64,000 nt of DNA. It comes from Hypanus sabinus (lineage: Eukaryota). Each line of letters opens with the position of its first letter. Position 1 is the stretch's first letter. Both the position numbers and the translations under genes were made by a program. The notes beneath the pieces were generated by a model, which saw nothing but the letters and a program-made list of their open reading frames with translations, did not search any database and was not told the origin of the DNA. The stretch covers positions 48,608,001 through 48,672,000 of the forward strand of contig NC_082709.1 in the NCBI RefSeq assembly GCF_030144855.1, written 5' to 3'. Of this stretch, positions 62,430 to 64,000 are shown piece after piece.

Positions 62430-63690
62430 GCTTCAGATAAGTTGTTGATTTATAAAAATCATTGTCGACAAGCATTCATTCAGTCTTCTTCAACCAGGAG
62501 CCCTGGATGAACCATGAGATCGACAATCTGCTGAGGGCCAGATCAGAGGCATTCAAATCTGGTGACCAAGAAAGTTACCAGAGATCCAGGCCCAGTCTCC
62601 GGAAAGCCATCTCATGAATGAAGTGGCAATTCCAGACTAAACTTGAATCAATAAAGAATGCTCATCAGCCGTGGCAGAGTTTGAACACGATCACTTCTTA
62701 TAAAGTGAAATCATGCGACAGAGGTGACAACAAGATTTCATTACCAGATGATCTCAGAGTCTTCTATGCTCACTTTGACCATCAAAACATGGAGGAACCA
62801 TCATGGGTATCTGGCTGAATAGCTAAGATCAATTGGCTGGAGTATTAACTGAGATCTTTAACCTCTCACTTCTGCAGTCTGAGGTACCAACCTGCTTCAA
62901 GCATGCTTCAGTTATACTAGTATCAAAGAAGAACCTGCTTCAATTACTATAGTCCAGTCGCACTTAATCAGATTTGCAGGAAGATGTTGTTTCCTTCTTG
63001 TCGTGACTGCCTGCCGCACAGGCAACTGTGCCTTTAGCTCAGCTGCTGGGTTATCAGCAGGAGACCACTGCTCATTGAGGTTTCACTCCCTTAGCCCTGG
63101 AACATCTCCTGGTGAAAGAACAGTGGCAGAAATGTCTGCCTTCTACCCCCTGGGCTTAGTTGGTTCCACAACTTCTGTCCTTCCCCCTCGGCCACAGCCA
63201 AAAGCTGCCCTTTTCTGCCTCTTCAGCCAACTCGCTGGTGGCTCTCCTGAGTCTCACTCCAGTCACTGCCATGTCACAGAGTAACCTTGTCACTGATGTG
63301 CTGACATCTTACCACCACAGGATAAATGATGGTCCTCCAGCCAGCTTCCTTAATTCATCTTCTTCCACCCATGGGCAGCCTCCACTCCTTCCTCCCATGG
63401 GGTGGTTAACTCAGTGAGGAGGACGGACTTGGCAGCCCTAGACCACAGTACAACGTCTGGGCAGAGAGAGGTTTTGCTGTCTGCTGAGATCTGCCATCAT
63501 GTTGCACTCCTTGCCTGTGCAGAGGAGTCCTGAAGGAGCTCCTGAGTGGATGCATTCAGTACTCCTACCAGCCTCAACAAATAGGATGAATTGTCATCCC
63601 ACTGGGTCGTCCATAATAATGTAGAGTTGATGATTAAGCTCAGCAAGAACCTGAACCCACTGCAGTTGGTGTATCACCTCAATAAGTCTA
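62430..63690. mobile_element. Rex1 (+) remnant with a nested HERO-like (-) fragment (~62962-63605)
   Basis: NQEPWMNHEI.. Rex1 start; the nested block is paralogous to 18748-19460. Confidence 0.72.
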
Positions 63691-63860
63691 CACCCAGCAG
63701 CCTTCTCCTTTCCACCCTCCCCCCACCTTCTTTGTAGGGCCCCTGCCCCCTCCCTCTTCAGTCCTGACGAAGGGTCTCGGCCTGAAACATTGACTGATCG
63801 TTTCCACGGATGCTGTCCGGCCTGCTGAGTTCCTCCAGTGTGCTATATGTGCTGTTATCA
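63690..63860 (+). mobile_element. Penelope-like element terminal fragment
   Basis: Pyrimidine-rich tract followed by cagtcctgacgaagggtctcggcctgaaac...gatgctg..cctgctgagttcctccag; contains a hammerhead-like core. Confidence 0.7.
63758..63797 (+). ncRNA. Degenerate minimal type-I hammerhead ribozyme motif
   Basis: Stem I TCAGTC/GACTGA, CUGACGA core (63764-63770), short stem II, GAAA (63784-63787). The cleavage triplet appears mutated (C-AUU in place of C-GUC). Confidence 0.6.
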
Positions 63861-63914
63861 CAACACAGCTATACAGCTCTGAAGCCTGGGTCTTGTACCA
63901 CAAGCAAATTAGGT

Positions 63915-64000
63915 TCCACAAGCACCTTCATCAGTGCTGCCTCCCCATCATCATGGCTATGAATTGGTAGGACCGTGTCTCCAATAATGAGGTCCTGGAG
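63915..64000 (+). mobile_element. RTE-like RT C-terminal fragment at the window edge
   Basis: HLHQCCLPIIMAMNW*DRVSNNEVLE resembles the RTE motif FH.RCLR.IL.I.WQD.VSN.EVL. Confidence 0.45.

Noticed and set aside
1-64000. Prokaryotic systems (CRISPR array, retron/DGR, operon) suggested by RT motifs next to repeated genes
   Set aside because: Spliceosomal introns, poly(A) signals and vertebrate LINEs show this is eukaryotic DNA. There is no repeat-spacer array, and all RT remnants belong to decayed retrotransposons.

Overview
Vertebrate, repeat-rich genomic DNA, most likely from a cartilaginous fish (inferred from the crystallin sequence type and the mix of CR1, Rex1, R4, HERO and Penelope repeats). 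The window holds a head-to-tail array of seven minus-strand gamma-crystallin genes, 7.2-11.6 kb apart. All share one structure: a 9-nt coding exon 1 (MGK), an 86-nt intron 1, a 243-nt exon 2, a ~1-kb intron 2 and a 276-nt exon 3, giving a 175-aa two-domain Greek-key protein. Six copies are intact. Copy 2 has two nonsense codons in exon 3. In every copy, intron 1 begins with a non-canonical GC donor. The spacers are one ancestral mosaic of retroelement fossils that was duplicated with the gene and then received copy-specific insertions (CR1, RTE, a deleted Gypsy element, solo LTRs, a mariner remnant, HERO, and a Penelope terminus with a degenerate hammerhead ribozyme). The most notable observations are the invariant GC-AG mini-intron, a 17-nt inverted match between intron 1 and the region just past the poly(A) signal, a possible NMD-escaping single-domain product from copy 2, mosaic paralogs, and CpG-driven Arg changes at positions equivalent to human cataract mutations. 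Gene coordinates were counted to the base. Repeat boundaries are approximate unless a target-site duplication (TSD) is given, and repeat family calls come from motif recognition, not a database search.
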